From contig JAGIQG010000027.1 in assembly GCA_024679065.1 (NCBI GenBank), forward strand, positions 30,442,001-30,506,000: 64,000 nt of DNA, given 5' to 3'. The stretch is from Sphyrna mokarran (taxonomy: Eukaryota). Of this stretch, positions 40,261-54,348 are shown in pieces. Numbering within the stretch: the first letter of the stretch is position 1; the number at the start of each line of letters is the position of its first letter. A program made the translations under genes and the position numbers. A model generated the notes under the pieces. It saw only the letters and a program-made list of their open reading frames with translations. It was not told the origin of the DNA and did no database searches.

Positions 40261-41324
40261 GCTACTTTTATACGTATGGAAAGTGCTGTTTTTATTCAGA
40301 TCCTCTTCCATTAAGGTTAGAGGTGCAGAGTCATAGAGAAATACAGCACGGAAACAGTTCTGTGATCCATTTTTATTATCTTGAGGGTTTGTTGGGATAT
40401 CTATCAAGTTGTATAGTTATATACTATATAGATGGCTTTTTTCCTCTCGCAGCCTTTCTGCAAAATGAACAGAAATATTTTAAAGTGTGCACTTGTCAAA
40501 GTCATTTTTAGGTTAGCTGCTTTAAATGGGTTTTTTTAAGTTAGAAGCGAGAGTACAGAGAGAAAATCCATAAAGATGTATTAAAACAGGTTTTTATGTC
40601 TTGAAGCTGGCCAATCTCTGATACATCTTGTATCATACTTGCCTATCAGTTTACTGTCCCTGCTGTAGACCTTGACAAGTACACTGGAACTGTATCAGTT
40701 GAGCCTATGATTTGACTTTCCTGCCGAGAGTCCCGATTTCCCATTGTAATAATGATGAGGAGCCATAATTGGATTCTTCGTTATCCAAATATTCTAATCT
40801 CACTGGTGATATCATGCCATGAGTTAATTGCCTCTTGAAACAAAGCATTCGCACATTTGGAGTTTTAGGTTATACCTGCTTCATCGTATGAAACATATGG
40901 CTTTTTGTGTGGTTTAATTATTTTAGTACAGAAAAAGTCGTGTGCAAATGAATTTGTGCTTTTCTTTACTATCTGTTAGTGATTGTTCTTCCCTTGTTGC
41001 CCTATCATGGTCCTAAAAATTGTTCAGCCACAAAGTCAATTAACTGCTACCAGAAAACTTAGCCCTGGAGTATTCAGGCATCTGCTTGAACTGGTAATGG
41101 GACCATTATTTTTGTGCCAGTTAAATGAATGATCTTTTTTCTTTGCCATTGTGGCTGCCTGCAGCAGAACTGATCGATGTAATCATTGCTATCTCAGTAC
41201 TTTTAGCCATTACTCATAGATATCGCTGTTCTTTATTACACTCCAGTTTCAGAATCCCCAGCTATTAGCCGGTTTCTGCCAAAAGAATTTTAACTTGCAT
41301 AAAGTTAAAGTTTATTTATTAGTC

Positions 41325-41565
41325 ACAATAAGGCTTACGTTAACACAGCAATGAAATTACTTTGAAATTCCCCTAGTCACCACAGCCCAGTGCCTGTTCA
41401 GGCCAATGCACCTACTTAGCATGTCTTTCAGAACATGGGAGGAAACCGAAGCACCCAGAGGAAACCGAGGAAGACACAGGGAGAACATGCAAACTCCACA
41501 GAGTGACCCAAACCTGGGTCCCTGGCACTCTGAAGCAGCATGCTAACCACTGTGCCACCATGCCG
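41325..41565 (-). mobile_element. V-SINE/HE1-like copy with the alternative tail
   Basis: aaagtttatttattagtcaca...aggcttac tail; gcatgctaaccactgtgccacc head. Confidence 0.8.
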
Positions 41566-42954
41566 CTCCATGTTAAATATGTAGAAATTGACAGAATTTT
41601 TGGAAGTCCACTCCAATCCATCAACTTCCACACTTGACTATATCATGTGGAGCTGCATCTGAGCAACCCCCTCAGAAGAGATGGATTGGCAATGTCAGTG
41701 CACTTATAATTCAACTGGAATGATACAAAAATGGCTTTTGGAATATGTTGTCTGAGCTTTGGAAGCATCTTTCACAATTTTGGAGATCTGTATGTCTGAT
41801 TTTCACTTTGGAGCTGTGATTTTGTGAGATCGCTGTTTCACCTGGATCTCACCTGAAGGTCATTGACTGTTCAATCATTTTCTGTGTAATGCTCAATTAC
41901 CTCTCCACCTGTGATTTTACTGGTTTTTGAAAATATTTTTTGTTCTCTTTCCGTTCTAAAAAATTTTTGTTCAGTCCGAGTTAACTCTTCATGTTAAATT
42001 GTTCTTCAGTTCCATGGCTTAGACCGTAGGAAATTTCAGTAATCGTTATGCACACTATTTCTTGACGTAAATGCACTTTCCTCAAACACTTGCCAGCTTC
42101 CCAGCCAGCTGATTGTCTCTTTGGCAGCATGCCCATGACTCATAAACTCTATTCCTACAGTCAAGACTGGAGATTAATATCAAGCTCTTGAAGCAGGTGT
42201 CTAATTCTCTAACATTAGAATAATTTGAGCCACCTGATTCAACATATTGTTCAAAAGAAAATTATTAGGTTTAGTTTATCTTCTATTGTATAAATCTGTG
42301 AAAGCAAGCAACTTTCTGCCTGATTTCAGAAAAGAAAAACAAGCCTCATGAAATGCTGTTAATAAATGATACACTGTAGTTGAAGAAAATGTGTGAAATT
42401 ATGCTGATCAGGAACATGCAAAATTCAGTAGTATGTATTCCACATTTTGAATATCATGTCTAGATTATCCACTGCATAGAATGAACACTGAGGAGTTGCT
42501 GAAAAGAATGCTCTTGACACTTAAGCCATTTTCAACCTCAGTATTGATATTCAAGATGCATATGTAAAGCAACATTATAATTAGGTACTGAAGGAGAAGA
42601 AATGCTCACGTTTTTAAGTGGTGAGCATTGAATTCAAAATGGTTAGATGAAGTCAAGTTTAGATATTAAAATTCTGCGGGTATCTCGAAGAATAATTGAT
42701 GGAATAAAGAGTTAATTAGTTTTGCAATCCTGGAAGAAGTTTAGAACTTAGAAATGCACTTATTTGCTACAGGACATTATGTCAGCTACATGTTACTTAG
42801 CCATCAAATTTTAATATCACCATCCTTTTTATTTAAAATATTGCTACTTTCATGCAGATGCTGTTAGTCCAGACTTGTGCCTTCAGGCAAATAGCACTTA
42901 TTGCAATTGTATCTTGATGGGATTAATTCCATACCTTTGACATTGCCCAGTATT

Positions 42955-44420
42955 AAGGGCTGAATTCTCACCACAGACAGAGGAAACTGGAGCCAGTCTG
43001 TTTTTGGGTCAGAAACCTGCTGGCAGTAAGAAACTGATTAAAATTTAGATTTTCAGAGGGGTGAGCCTGTACTTGGTATTTTGTATTTCCTGGCCACTTA
43101 GAGCCATTGCAAGGAAGAATGGAGATGGGTCAAATGAAATGGTCAGATACCGCCACTGCAGCCATCAATGAGGCTGTTGATTTTCATGAAGGAGAGACCA
43201 ACTGGTGGTTGTTCTTCTGATGGAAATGAGATGTTACAGAGGAGCTGGAGACCTGTCACCTGGGGCAGGGCTGTCCCTTAGTTCATTGATGCCAATGTAG
43301 ATATAATGCTGGAGGCTGAGAGTGTGTGTGAATAAGAGGTCTTGGAGGATGGCATGGAGATGCCATCCTCATCATGCAGCAGAGAAATCTCTCTTCAGTG
43401 TCATCTCACTTGATCGACAGTTCCACCTCCCCTTCCTGCTTTGCCTCCAATAAACTGTGTCCTTTCCAGGAACTCTGTTTTCTGGAGAACCTTATTATGG
43501 AGAGCCCAGCAGAACGTTGCAATTACCAAGACCATTACAAGTGTGCACTGTAGGGTATCAGAATTGCTCAGTAACTGCCTTGATGGGCATTGGTTGGATG
43601 GCCTCTTATGTGGGGCTCCATTGGAAGATTGTATGACTATCTGAAAGAAACTTCCCTTGTTCCCTGTAATCTTTCTAGATATTTTGGGGATTGGATTAAA
43701 AATTTGAAGGAGCTGAGCTGTCAAAGGATAAAAGAGTCATGACAAATGCCAGAAAGTGAGGGCATGCACGGATGAAGCTCTTGTTTTGCTGGAAGGCCAG
43801 TTGGACATTTGAGACTCTGGAAGTCCTTTGTGCTGATAGATCGCTGGCTGATTATTGATTATCTTGATGGCTATTTGAGTGCAATCAGTGATACCTTGTA
43901 TCTAGGAGAAACCAACGATGAACATGAGATTCATTTCTCAATGTCCTTTCAAGATCATGCCTTGCTAAATAAATAGTTTTCACGCTTTGATAGAGGGCAC
44001 TAGGCATGCTAGGTATCCAAAATCTGACAGTTATACCCCCATTGGCTGTTGGAGTTTTCCTTCTGGGCAGATGGCTAATTTTTCTAAGCAAATAAACTCT
44101 GTTCTTTTACCCTGTGACGCCAACAGAACGCTATTCGAAGCCTGGATGGGTAAGTGCTGACTATCCCTGCCATTTATGCATTGCCAAGGATGGCCCTTAC
44201 AAACTGCCCAGTTCCTCATGCCCCATTAACCAGAGTGATGACCAGATGATTAACCCTTATGAGGTCAGGATGATGGCCGAAGGCAACAATGACAGCCACC
44301 TACTTCAGCTGTTCTGTTTCTGAAGGTGCAGGTGACCTGCTGATTCTTTAAAAATGGAACTTTAGCCCTGACGAAATCTAAATTAACAATTTCACCCATT
44401 TCATTGGCTTTAGTGCATTT
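42955..44420 (-). mobile_element. Decayed PIF/Harbinger-like DNA transposon (DDE transposase remnant)
   Basis: Colinear ORF remnants GHPW..INGRDSQHLPIQA (cf. GFP...G.ID.TH..I.AP), WFLLDTRY (cf. WLLGD.GY), LQCT...VIATFCWALHN (cf. I..CC.LHN). Confidence 0.55.
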
Positions 44421-45449
44421 AAGAATGGGATTCCTGTGTTGCTGTCCTCCCACAGTAGTGATTATTGCTGATTCTCTGATGCTTAAACTAGTACTTCTAC
44501 ATATCCATCCCCTACCACGCTATCTCTATTACTGTCTTTGGGAGGTCCTTAAAAATTTTGCCCCAAGTCGTCACACGATACACAGTACTCTAGATTATAG
44601 TTTCTGGTCTGTGACTTTCTTGGGTGTTTGTGTGGAGAGTGAGTAATGGGGTATTACTTATTAATGTTTGACATGATGTGAAATTCTGCACATCCCTTTG
44701 TAATGTTTTTGGGAAATATTTATGTGGAAGTGTACAGCCTGCTGTTATTGATTCTCTCGATCGATGAGTGTGATCCACCCTTCAATCTTGAAGGTTAACA
44801 TTGCAGCACTTTTTCTAGTTCAAGGCATCAGAGAACCTTATTACCAAAAGGCAGTGATATCACAGTGTGTCTCATGGTCTGCACTGGAGAAAGATTGAGA
44901 GGGGTTGATGTTTTCCAAATGTCATCATTTGTCACAATGCATAATAAGTCACCACTTATTTGTGTTTGTGGAATTGGGAATAAAAAGCAGCTTTGAATTA
45001 TTTTAGTATGTTTTCTCACCGTTGATGCTGAATGAGGCTTTCAGTTGAGTGGCAAAAATTACAAACTGAAGTCAACTAAATTAGAAATTTCTCATTTTAC
45101 TTCTGTATCATGTGTGCATATTGTGTACTGCATTAATCTTTGGTTTTACATACACTGCGTATTTTGCTATTTTTTGACTGAATAGAAATATGCAACACTA
45201 GTCAAATACTTTGAGTTTGGATTCTTCATCTGTAACAAGTTATTTGATTGTAGTATGCAGGTGTGTGCTGAGGAAGAGTGAATGGGTTGTTGGTATAGTT
45301 TTCTCATTAATACAAATAAAAGCTCGTCATTTAATGCTTGGTTTCTTTACCATCCTGCCGAGGTGGTGCAATTCTATTCCTGAATTTTGACTTGCAGAGC
45401 AGGGGATGGCCAACGCATGGTTCTAATGGCACATTATTCTCAGTCTTGT

Positions 45450-45770
45450 TTTCAAATCTTTTTGTAGCTTCATCCCTTCCCTATGTTTTCTAGCCCCACA
45501 ACCCTCTGAGGTATTTACGCTCATCTAATTCTAGCATTTCTCTCCATAATTGCTCCATCTTTAGTGGCTGTGCTCTCAGCTACCAAGGTCCTAAGATCTG
45601 GAATTTCCTTTCCTTATCTCTCCTATCCTCTACCTTAATTTCTTTCTTTTGATCACATTTTTAGTCGACTAGGTTGATATTTCTTCATGTGGCCTGGTGT
45701 CATACTTTTTTTATAATGTTCCCTGGAATCTTTTATTATGTTAAAGTCACTATGTAAACTTAAGTTGTAT
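45450..45770 (+). mobile_element. L2-like 3' fragment
   Basis: ggctgtgctctcagctaccaaggtcctaagatctggaattt...ttttattatgttaaagtcactatgtaaa. Confidence 0.55.
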
Positions 45771-47509
45771 CATTTAGCCATTCTGCCCCATCACCATTTC
45801 TGAATCTTCAATCCTGATTTGATCTCTTTGAATATCATGGGCCTTGAGATTATAGTGGTTTTTCTCTTACTTGTGAATAAATCCTACATTTAATCGCTAA
45901 TGTCCATAATATCAGCAAGTTAAGATATATGAAAATAAATAGTTTTACAAAACCATTGAAAATGATAACCTTAAACAAGAGATACAAATTCCCAGTGACG
46001 AACTAAAAGGAATTGTGCAACAACATTTTGAGTTTTAAGATATTTGTTGTAACAAACAAGTTAAAAGCAACGTCAACTAAGCATCACATAGGCAACTAAT
46101 ACCCTGAAATGCCTTAACACAACCAACAATCCCATGCTACATTTCTACTTTACCATGCATTGCCCAAGGAATTGCAGTCTTTCAAGAAACAATGCGAAGT
46201 CTCCCAGCTCCCAATGGTTCACATCTCTTCATTTCATTGAGTCTTTCGTGACTGTTTGAAGGTGCAAGTCTCCATTTTCGGAGAATTTCCAAACCAACTG
46301 CCACCAGTAAGAACCACTCTGGCAATTTCATCCTCCAGGACGAATCTTGAGAGTGACAAGGGATGTGTCTGTTCAACCAAAATTCAGGAAAGTTACTGAG
46401 AAGATGCCTGCTTATTGAACCACCCTTTCAGTTTCTTGCCATCTGTTGCAGGCCACTGCTCCTTTTAAGCTGGAAGCCCTCTGGCCCTCTAATTTTGACA
46501 GCGCACTCGTTGCCATAATTAGACAGAGAATCTATCTTATCACTATTATTTCTTCACTGCAGCAATAATCCTGGATCTTCTTTCCTATCACACACACACA
46601 GTAGAATTGGTAGCAGAAGTTGTTAGCAAAGTTGTGGCATTCAGTTGACTAAGGTAGTACTCACTTTAGTTAACTGAATGCTTTGTCTTTATCCCTGTTC
46701 ATATTAATTTAAAACCTGGTTATCCATCTACTGTGTGTCTCAATTGTTATAATTTCTGATGTTTCTACTATTTCTGCTAATTTAGCCTGGATAATCTAAG
46801 TAATCAACGTGCACTGGCTATTTTGTCCATCCTGCTCTTGCTTTCTATTATACCCAGGCTCCAATTGTTCACTTTGTAACTGCAAACTTACTGTTTTAAG
46901 TGCCTTTCTCAAAAACGTGTCACTTTAATCCAGAATAAATTCCATTACATTTTGCTTAACACAAAAATGTATAGAACATTTAGTCATCTATTGCAGAAAT
47001 TGACCCTAAGGTGTAACAGATTTCAAGCAGCCTTGACTTCTTACATGAAAAAATGGATGGCTGGGAGTGTGGTTGCAACTGCAATTTAATCTTAAGGATT
47101 AGCTGATCATTATAATATGGGCCAAGTTGCACTGCTTGGGGTTTTTGATGTTGCCTGAATCCCTTGATTGTATTATTGGATTGCAGTTTGCTGCTAGACA
47201 TTGGTTATCTGATACATGTTGTACTAATTCTGTGACAATGGATACAGATTTTGGTTCATTTCAGTGGATGAAGGTACAGCACTTCTGCAGAAATAAGGGG
47301 TTCAGAGAATCACAATATTGTTACAGCACAGAAGAAGGCTGTTTGGCCCATTTACCTGAACCAGCTCTCTGAGCAATTCACCTGGTACCTTCTCCCTATT
47401 ATCCAGCACACTCCTTTTCAGATCATAGTCAAATTCTGTTTTTGAATGCTTCGATTGAACCTTCAACCACCATACTCTTAGACAGAAATAAATTAGCCAA
47501 ATTAATTTT

Positions 47510-47970
47510 TTTTCTCTTTATTCATTGGGCCTTGGCCTCACTGACTAGCCCACCAATTATTGCTCATTCCTAATTTATCTTGAGAAGGTAATGATGGGCA
47601 GTCTCTGAAGTGCTGCTTATGTGGCATAGCACATCCACAAGACTAAGAAGTTTGCCAGGCCCGAGTGGCTTGCCAGGTCATTTCAGTGCTGTTTAAGGCA
47701 ATCATTCTGCTGTGAGTCTAGGGCCACATGTCTGTCAGATTAGATAAGTCTGACAGGTTTCCTTAAAGGATTTTAGTGAACCAGATGGGTTTTTAAAACA
47801 GTGGACAATGATTTCATGGGCATCATTAGACTTTCAATTCCTGTCTTTTTATTGAGTTCAAGTTCCACCATCTGCTGTGGAGGGATTCAAACCTAGATCT
47901 CCAGGACAACACCCTGGGTCTCTAGATTATTAGTCCAGTGACAAAGTGACAATCAATATACCACTGTCTC
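47510..47970 (-). mobile_element. tRNA-derived SINE, same family as 1043-1420
   Basis: ttagtgaaccagatgggttttt...ttagactttcaattcc...ttagtccagtgac is antisense to the 1043-1420 copy. Confidence 0.65.
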
Positions 47971-48267
47971 CCATTACCTATTGATATGTTCCAGGAAGGT
48001 CTTTTTATGGCCAGATTAATAGTTAAAGGAGGTTGGGAGGGGCAACCTCATTCATTATTTAGCTGGGGTGTAAATACAGTTAGTATCTCCAGATTTGAAG
48101 TCAGGTGTGCTTTTCAATGCAAGGCATAAATCACCAGGTTACCTTCTTATCTGCATGAAAGGGCTTCAATAGAAAGGAGGTCACCTGGACTAATCAGGGA
48201 GAACCTCCTAATTAAAATGGGCCAGCAAGTATTTCATTTTTAGGAATTGATTTTTGGAACAAATATA

Positions 48268-48560
48268 GGATGGCACGGTGGCAAAGTGGTTAGCACTCCT
48301 GCTTCATAACACCAGCGAGCCGTGTTTGATTCCCAGCTTAGGTCACTGTCTGTGTGGAATCTCCACATTCTCCCCACACCTGTGTAGATTTCCTCTGGAT
48401 GTTCCGGTTTCCTTCCACAGCCCAAAAGACGTACTGATTAGGTACGTTGGCCATGGTAAATTCTACCTCTGTGTACCCAAACAGGTGACTATGGATTATC
48501 ACAGTAACTTCATTGCACTGTTAATTTAAACCTATTTGTGGCACTAATTAATAAACTTTA
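48268..48560 (+). mobile_element. V-SINE/HE1-like copy with the alternative tail
   Basis: tggcacggtggcaaagtggttagcact...cacagtaacttcattgca...aataaacttt. Confidence 0.85.
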
Positions 48561-50254
48561 AAATATAGCTTATTTGATCTCCCTTATCCAAATAATTGGG
48601 GATCTCCCCACCCCCACTTTTTAAAGAAACTAGTTGATCCCCATAATTATGTAGTTACCAATGCTAGCACATTCCTTAAAGGGAAATTAAGTGTTGGCTG
48701 TTTGCTCATTTTATGTCTCTTCTTCCATTCTGTTGTATTTTTACTTTTATGCTGTGACGTTTTCAGCTGACGCATTGAAAGCATGTCCTAATGTTTCGGA
48801 ATCCAAATAAAGTGACTTTCCTTACATTAGAACCCTATCATTATATTCTGTGTCTTCCCTGTTTAGTCTTGCATCAGTTAATGTACTGGCTCTTCATGCA
48901 GTTTTGCAATCTCTTCATTTGCTTTTTTGCCCATGATACTTCTGTCGTATGAAAGCGCTGTTCTTTTTGTGTAATTTATCTATCTGAGCGTCAGATTTAA
49001 CTGCGTAAAGTGATTTGGTCCTGGGATAGTCCTTTAGCATTGTACTATCAATTAAAACTTGACATGTAATTTAGCAGGTAAGACATGCTCCCAGTTGCTG
49101 TTGTGTTGGTATCATCCCCAGCATCACTCGATGGCCAAACTGTCACTACATTTGAGTTTTGTTGTTTGTCACTTGAACCGTAAGTTTCAAAGGGAAATTA
49201 AAGATCATACTCCAGATCATTTGTTGTGGTTGCAAAGGCAAGGGCCACCAACACGGATACATGACGGATATCTGTAATTGCTTATGCTGGCCTCCTGCAT
49301 AAAAGGCTTATTTACTCAGCCTAGTGTGTAGGAGGGCTAAACATTTAAAATGATTAAAAATTGACATTTTTAAGCTTTACTTAAGTAATTCTGGTCTCTG
49401 ATGAAGTATATAATTAAACTGTAATCATCTTTGTCATCGGTGGGAATTTGAGAGCCATATTCTGTGGTCAGTGATGAAAAGTCAATGCTCAGCACTGATC
49501 TCAAAGAAAATGGCCCACAAAGATTTAGCAAGCTCTGGGAATCAATTTCCCACATTACAGTGTCATTTGCCTTTGGCTCTAATAATAGATGATCTTTGAG
49601 AACAACAAAGTTATCAGTCACATTGGGGAGTCAGCCAGTCAAATTGAAACATTTTCCCAGATATCAAATCAGGAATTGTAGAACAGTATTATTATTCATT
49701 ATTAATCACTTAAGGCAAAATAACAATTGGGTATACAAATGAGTTAAAGATAGAAATATCAAGCAGACTTAAACAGTTATCACTTAAAAATATATGCAGC
49801 TTTTACTATGGAATGAATGGGCATAATGATCTCGACTTTTAAATTAAGTATTTCAGGGCTAGATAATTTGTCCAACAGTAATTTTGACTTAGTACACCAC
49901 TGAAACCTCAGCTACACCTCATTAAATGAGGCATGGTATTTTATATATTTATTTTAGAGTAAGAATGATGCATAACATATCAAATCACTCTTGTGCTAAT
50001 TGCATCTTCATCTTATGGAGGAACAGAGTATCCTGATGATACTTAATGGCAATTGTACTGAGGCCAGAAGTTGTTGTTGATTTTGTACTGTGATCACAAC
50101 AAAAGCTGATGGTTTTGATGTCATTACAGCTCTGGATTGTAACACTTCACTGTAATACAGTAAAACATACAATAAACCTAAAGTTGTTGAAGGATTTGTA
50201 CGAAAATTTAAATTTTGTTTAACATTTATTGCGCTTTATTGTAAGTGAAACCAA

Positions 50255-50468
50255 AAAAATTGTTGAAAAATCTCAGCAGGTCTGGCAGCATCTCTAAAGG
50301 AAAAGAAAGAGCTGATGTTTCGAGTCCAGCTCAGCTTTGACAAGGAGTCATCTGGACTCGAAATGTCAGCTCTTTTCTCTCCTCACAGATGCTGCCAGAC
50401 CTGTTGAGATTTTCCAGCATTTTCTCTTGGTTTCAGATTCCAGCATCCTCAGTAATTTGCTTTTATTT
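50255..50468. repeat. Palindromic Penelope-derived short element with hammerhead relic
   Basis: Arms aaaatctcagcaggtctggcagcatct...tcgagtccag and ctggactcga...agatgctgccagacctgttgagatttt are reverse complements. Half copies at 4085-4170 and 51820-51910; degenerate ones near 51145 and 53995-54190. Confidence 0.75.
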
Positions 50469-53057
50469 ATTGTAAGTGGTTGTCTAAGTACAATACTATC
50501 ATTTCAGAAGATTTATACATCACAGTATGGCAACTACCATCTGTAAATAATGTAATATGGTATTTAAAAATATGGACAGTAATAGGTGAATCTTGGCAAA
50601 TTCCTAACAATTTTGGTAATGATCTTAAAGAGGTGTAGTCAAACATCTGCCAGCAGTTAACATTTTTGCTATTTTTACATCTATTTGAAATATCACAAAG
50701 CAAATTCTTCAATTCCTACACATGGCAATAGCGTTTTTTGTTTTTTTAAAATCTGAGTCAATGTCTGTAGTTATAAAGTGCAATCCAAATTCTCTGTTCC
50801 TTGCCTGTCCTAACCAATTGCAGATTGGTGTTAAACTATTATTTTTAAAGATTTTGATTAATTTGTGCTATATTGCATTGCTTTCTCTCTCTTCCTTTTT
50901 GGGTGGGAGATGCAATCTCAGGTATTAATCTCTGTCATTTATAGAAGAAAGGATTTTCATGATGTAATAATTGCTGTAATTTAACTGTAGTTAAATTATC
51001 TTCATAATTATGTTAAATAGTTGAATCAAAACTATTTTTATCTCTGACCATTTTTAAATTATGTTCTCTTTGAGATCCAGACTTTTTTTAACTTCACATT
51101 AAGAGTAGAATAAATTTTGGATAAACATTTCAAATAGATATAAAAACAGAACACTAGAAATGCTTAGCATGTGTAATAGCATCCATGAAGCGAGAAATGG
51201 TTAATCTGTTAATATATCAGATCAACCATTTTTAATCATAGATAGTTGAACTCTCATACTTATTATCTTATTTTCAAAATATAGCTAATTCATAACCAAA
51301 GCTATTGATTGTATAGGAGCTATAAGATTCGTTGCACAGTGAGTCCTATCTGCAACAATTGACAATGTGCTCCACATAATTTCTGCTAATCCAGTCCAAC
51401 TAGCAATCTGATTTCTGACAGCTTCTCCAGTATGGATTGCAGGTGATGCCTACTATAGTGTAGGTTATGCTCTATTATAAGCTTTCCTCCAGGAAAGTAG
51501 TGAGATATGAAGATGCGTGAACTAAGGTTAATGGTGGGTGAAAACTGCTCCAGCTGGATATTAGAAAGAAATCAGACTGAAACAAAACTAATTAGAGAAA
51601 AAAAATTAATTACAGTTGGTGATGATTCAATGGACCCATCACTGATCTTAACTTGAGGTAATTATGAGTACACTTAGTACACACAATTAGTACTTAAAAA
51701 CCAGCCAAAAATAAAGGATTGCATCATACATATTTACTGTCAGGTCAATTTAGAAAAATACAAATTACATAGGCCACTTAGTCCCTGAGCCTGTTCCACC
51801 ATTTAATAAGGTCTAATCGGCTTCTCTCCACAGAAGCTGCCAAACCTGCCAAATTTTCCAGCATCTTGATTTCATTTTGGATTTCCAGCATCCGCAGTCT
51901 TTTGTTTTAATTTTACAGCCAAAAAGACCTCCTATACGTGACATTGCTTTTTATTTTCCCTTGGTAATATACGGTGTTGGCCATGGAGTTATTTTCTAGG
52001 TCAATATGTAATATTTAGTGTGTTTTTCCATGGTGTGTGCAATTTTGTTTGTTTAAGTTGCAATAATAGTGACTGTTATTGCTGAAGAAAGTAAGTTCAT
52101 TTTTTAAAAAATGCCTATTCTCATAGCCCAAAGTATCCACTGTTTATTTCAGGAAATGAAGCCAATGTTACTGTTTACTACTTTTAAAAGGTAAGTTTTA
52201 AAGAAAATGGTCTTTGGTAAATCACTCAATATAATTCAAGATGCAACAAGGTTAACAAAATGGAAATTTCTGTTGATACATTGCCTCTATTTCTACTTTG
52301 TTAACTTGCATCAAAATAATAGATGAATTGACTACTGTATACACTTGGATATTAGATGACTTGTCCACTCTTTCAAAATTATGGCCCAAATCCACAATTT
52401 TTGTGTCAACAATGCAGTGTTTCTGTGCACTAATTCTCCCTTCCCTATCAACTGTGTCTACAGATACTCAATCACCATTTTTTATTTCAATCTACCAATC
52501 CATTCCTATCTACTGTTTTTCATCCAGCACCATAATATTTAAATAACAACTATCTCTTCTGTCTCCAGCCTTGGCTCCTGCTGCTGATGTTTAATACCAT
52601 TTCCCCTATCTATCTTGCTTGGCTATTTCTAATTTTAAATCTGCAGAAGGTGCCTGGACCGTAATTTGAATCAAGGGATTGCTATTTAAATCTCTGTGCT
52701 GGAAGAACAGAATAGAGCAAAAATGATAACGCACTAATGCAATGCTGCTGCATAGTTCATAATCTTGGGGAAAATTGTTCTGGTGGAGCAATTGACCTTG
52801 TATACAAATTGACTGCTCCACCCCTAATTTTATGCTCCCACAAGAGATTTACAGTCTCGCATACAAATGAATGCACGACCCAAAGCTGTTTCATTGGGGA
52901 ATTTTGTTTGAAGAATTTCTGATGTAAAGAAACAAGTGTGTCACAAATGCACACCAAAAACAAAGTTAACTGCCCTGGAACATTTTTCAGCAGGATTTTT
53001 AGTTTCATTTATTGGGATTATAATTGAAATGCTTTTCTTTTACTTTTGCCACCATAG

Positions 53058-53234
<177 letters not shown>

Positions 53235-54348
53235 TAAGCTGTGTTCAATGGTCACAACCGTTTAAAGTTGAATGTATCTCCTGTGGGGTTGTACTTGTAC
53301 TGCTATGCAAGTTTTATGTCACGTTCTGAAGTAGGGTTCAGCTGCTTATTTCTTTTGCCATTGGGATATTTAATGAAATTTCCCAAATGGTTGGGTGGAA
53401 CTATGTTTTCATACACTATTTTTACTCACAAGCAGAAAGCAGCACAACAGAGCTGCCAGACACAGAGCTCTTTAAAAATACAAGGTGCCACAGTCTCTAC
53501 CTACAACTCAGTGCAGCTACCTGAGGTTTATCCCATTGACTTTGAGATTCTTAGAGTTATCATTTCTTTTTAGTTGAGGAATGTGAGATAAGGACAGGAA
53601 TAGGAAATATGAATGGCATATGTGTCTTTAGGAATAAAATAAATTTTTTATTGTGGCAATAAATTTATTGGGTTTTCTTTTAAGTCATTTTGATTCAAAT
53701 TGAGAAATTCAACGCTATGTCAAGGAAGTGCCTTTTGAGTGTTTTTTTTCCTTTGTTTTGAAATATGCAGGACACTCGTGCAGTACAAGTCTTGTGCTTC
53801 TGCCAAGATGTTTTGATCCATAATGACAGATCTTCATCTGGTGTTGTAGCTTCTTTTTAAACTGTTTGACCTTTGCATTTCGCTTGGATTTTTTTTTATT
53901 GATCCTAATTGTCAAGAATTGCTGGCCTGCTTTTCTTTAGGTGGCAATGCCTCACAACTATGCCTCAAGTGAATTGTCGCTACTCGTGATAAAAAAAAAA
54001 CAGAAACTGTAAGTGCATCGCAGATCCATCAGTAACTGAGAACTTTTTAGATGGAGACTCCTTTGTCAGGACAAAGCTAATGAAGGGCCTATACATGAAA
54101 CTTTAAACCCTCTGTTCAATGCTGATGTTTCTGCTGTGTAATTCCAAACATTTCTGTTTTTATTTCCAATTTCTAGCATTTGCAGTTTTTCTTGATTCTC
54201 TTGCTACTTGTGCTTCTCATTGGCTTTTAGCACTTGATGCCTGTGATTTTTAATTGTGTAAAATGAATTGCTCGTTTTCTTGTTGGAGCTAAAATATCAG
54301 CCAGTCATCTGCAGTATTAGTTGACTTGTTCCATTTTCTTTTGTGCAG

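Noticed and set aside
54326-54348. N-terminus of the 1313-aa ORF as a real start
   Set aside because: It begins at a non-ATG codon inside the polypyrimidine tract; the exon starts after the AG at 54348.
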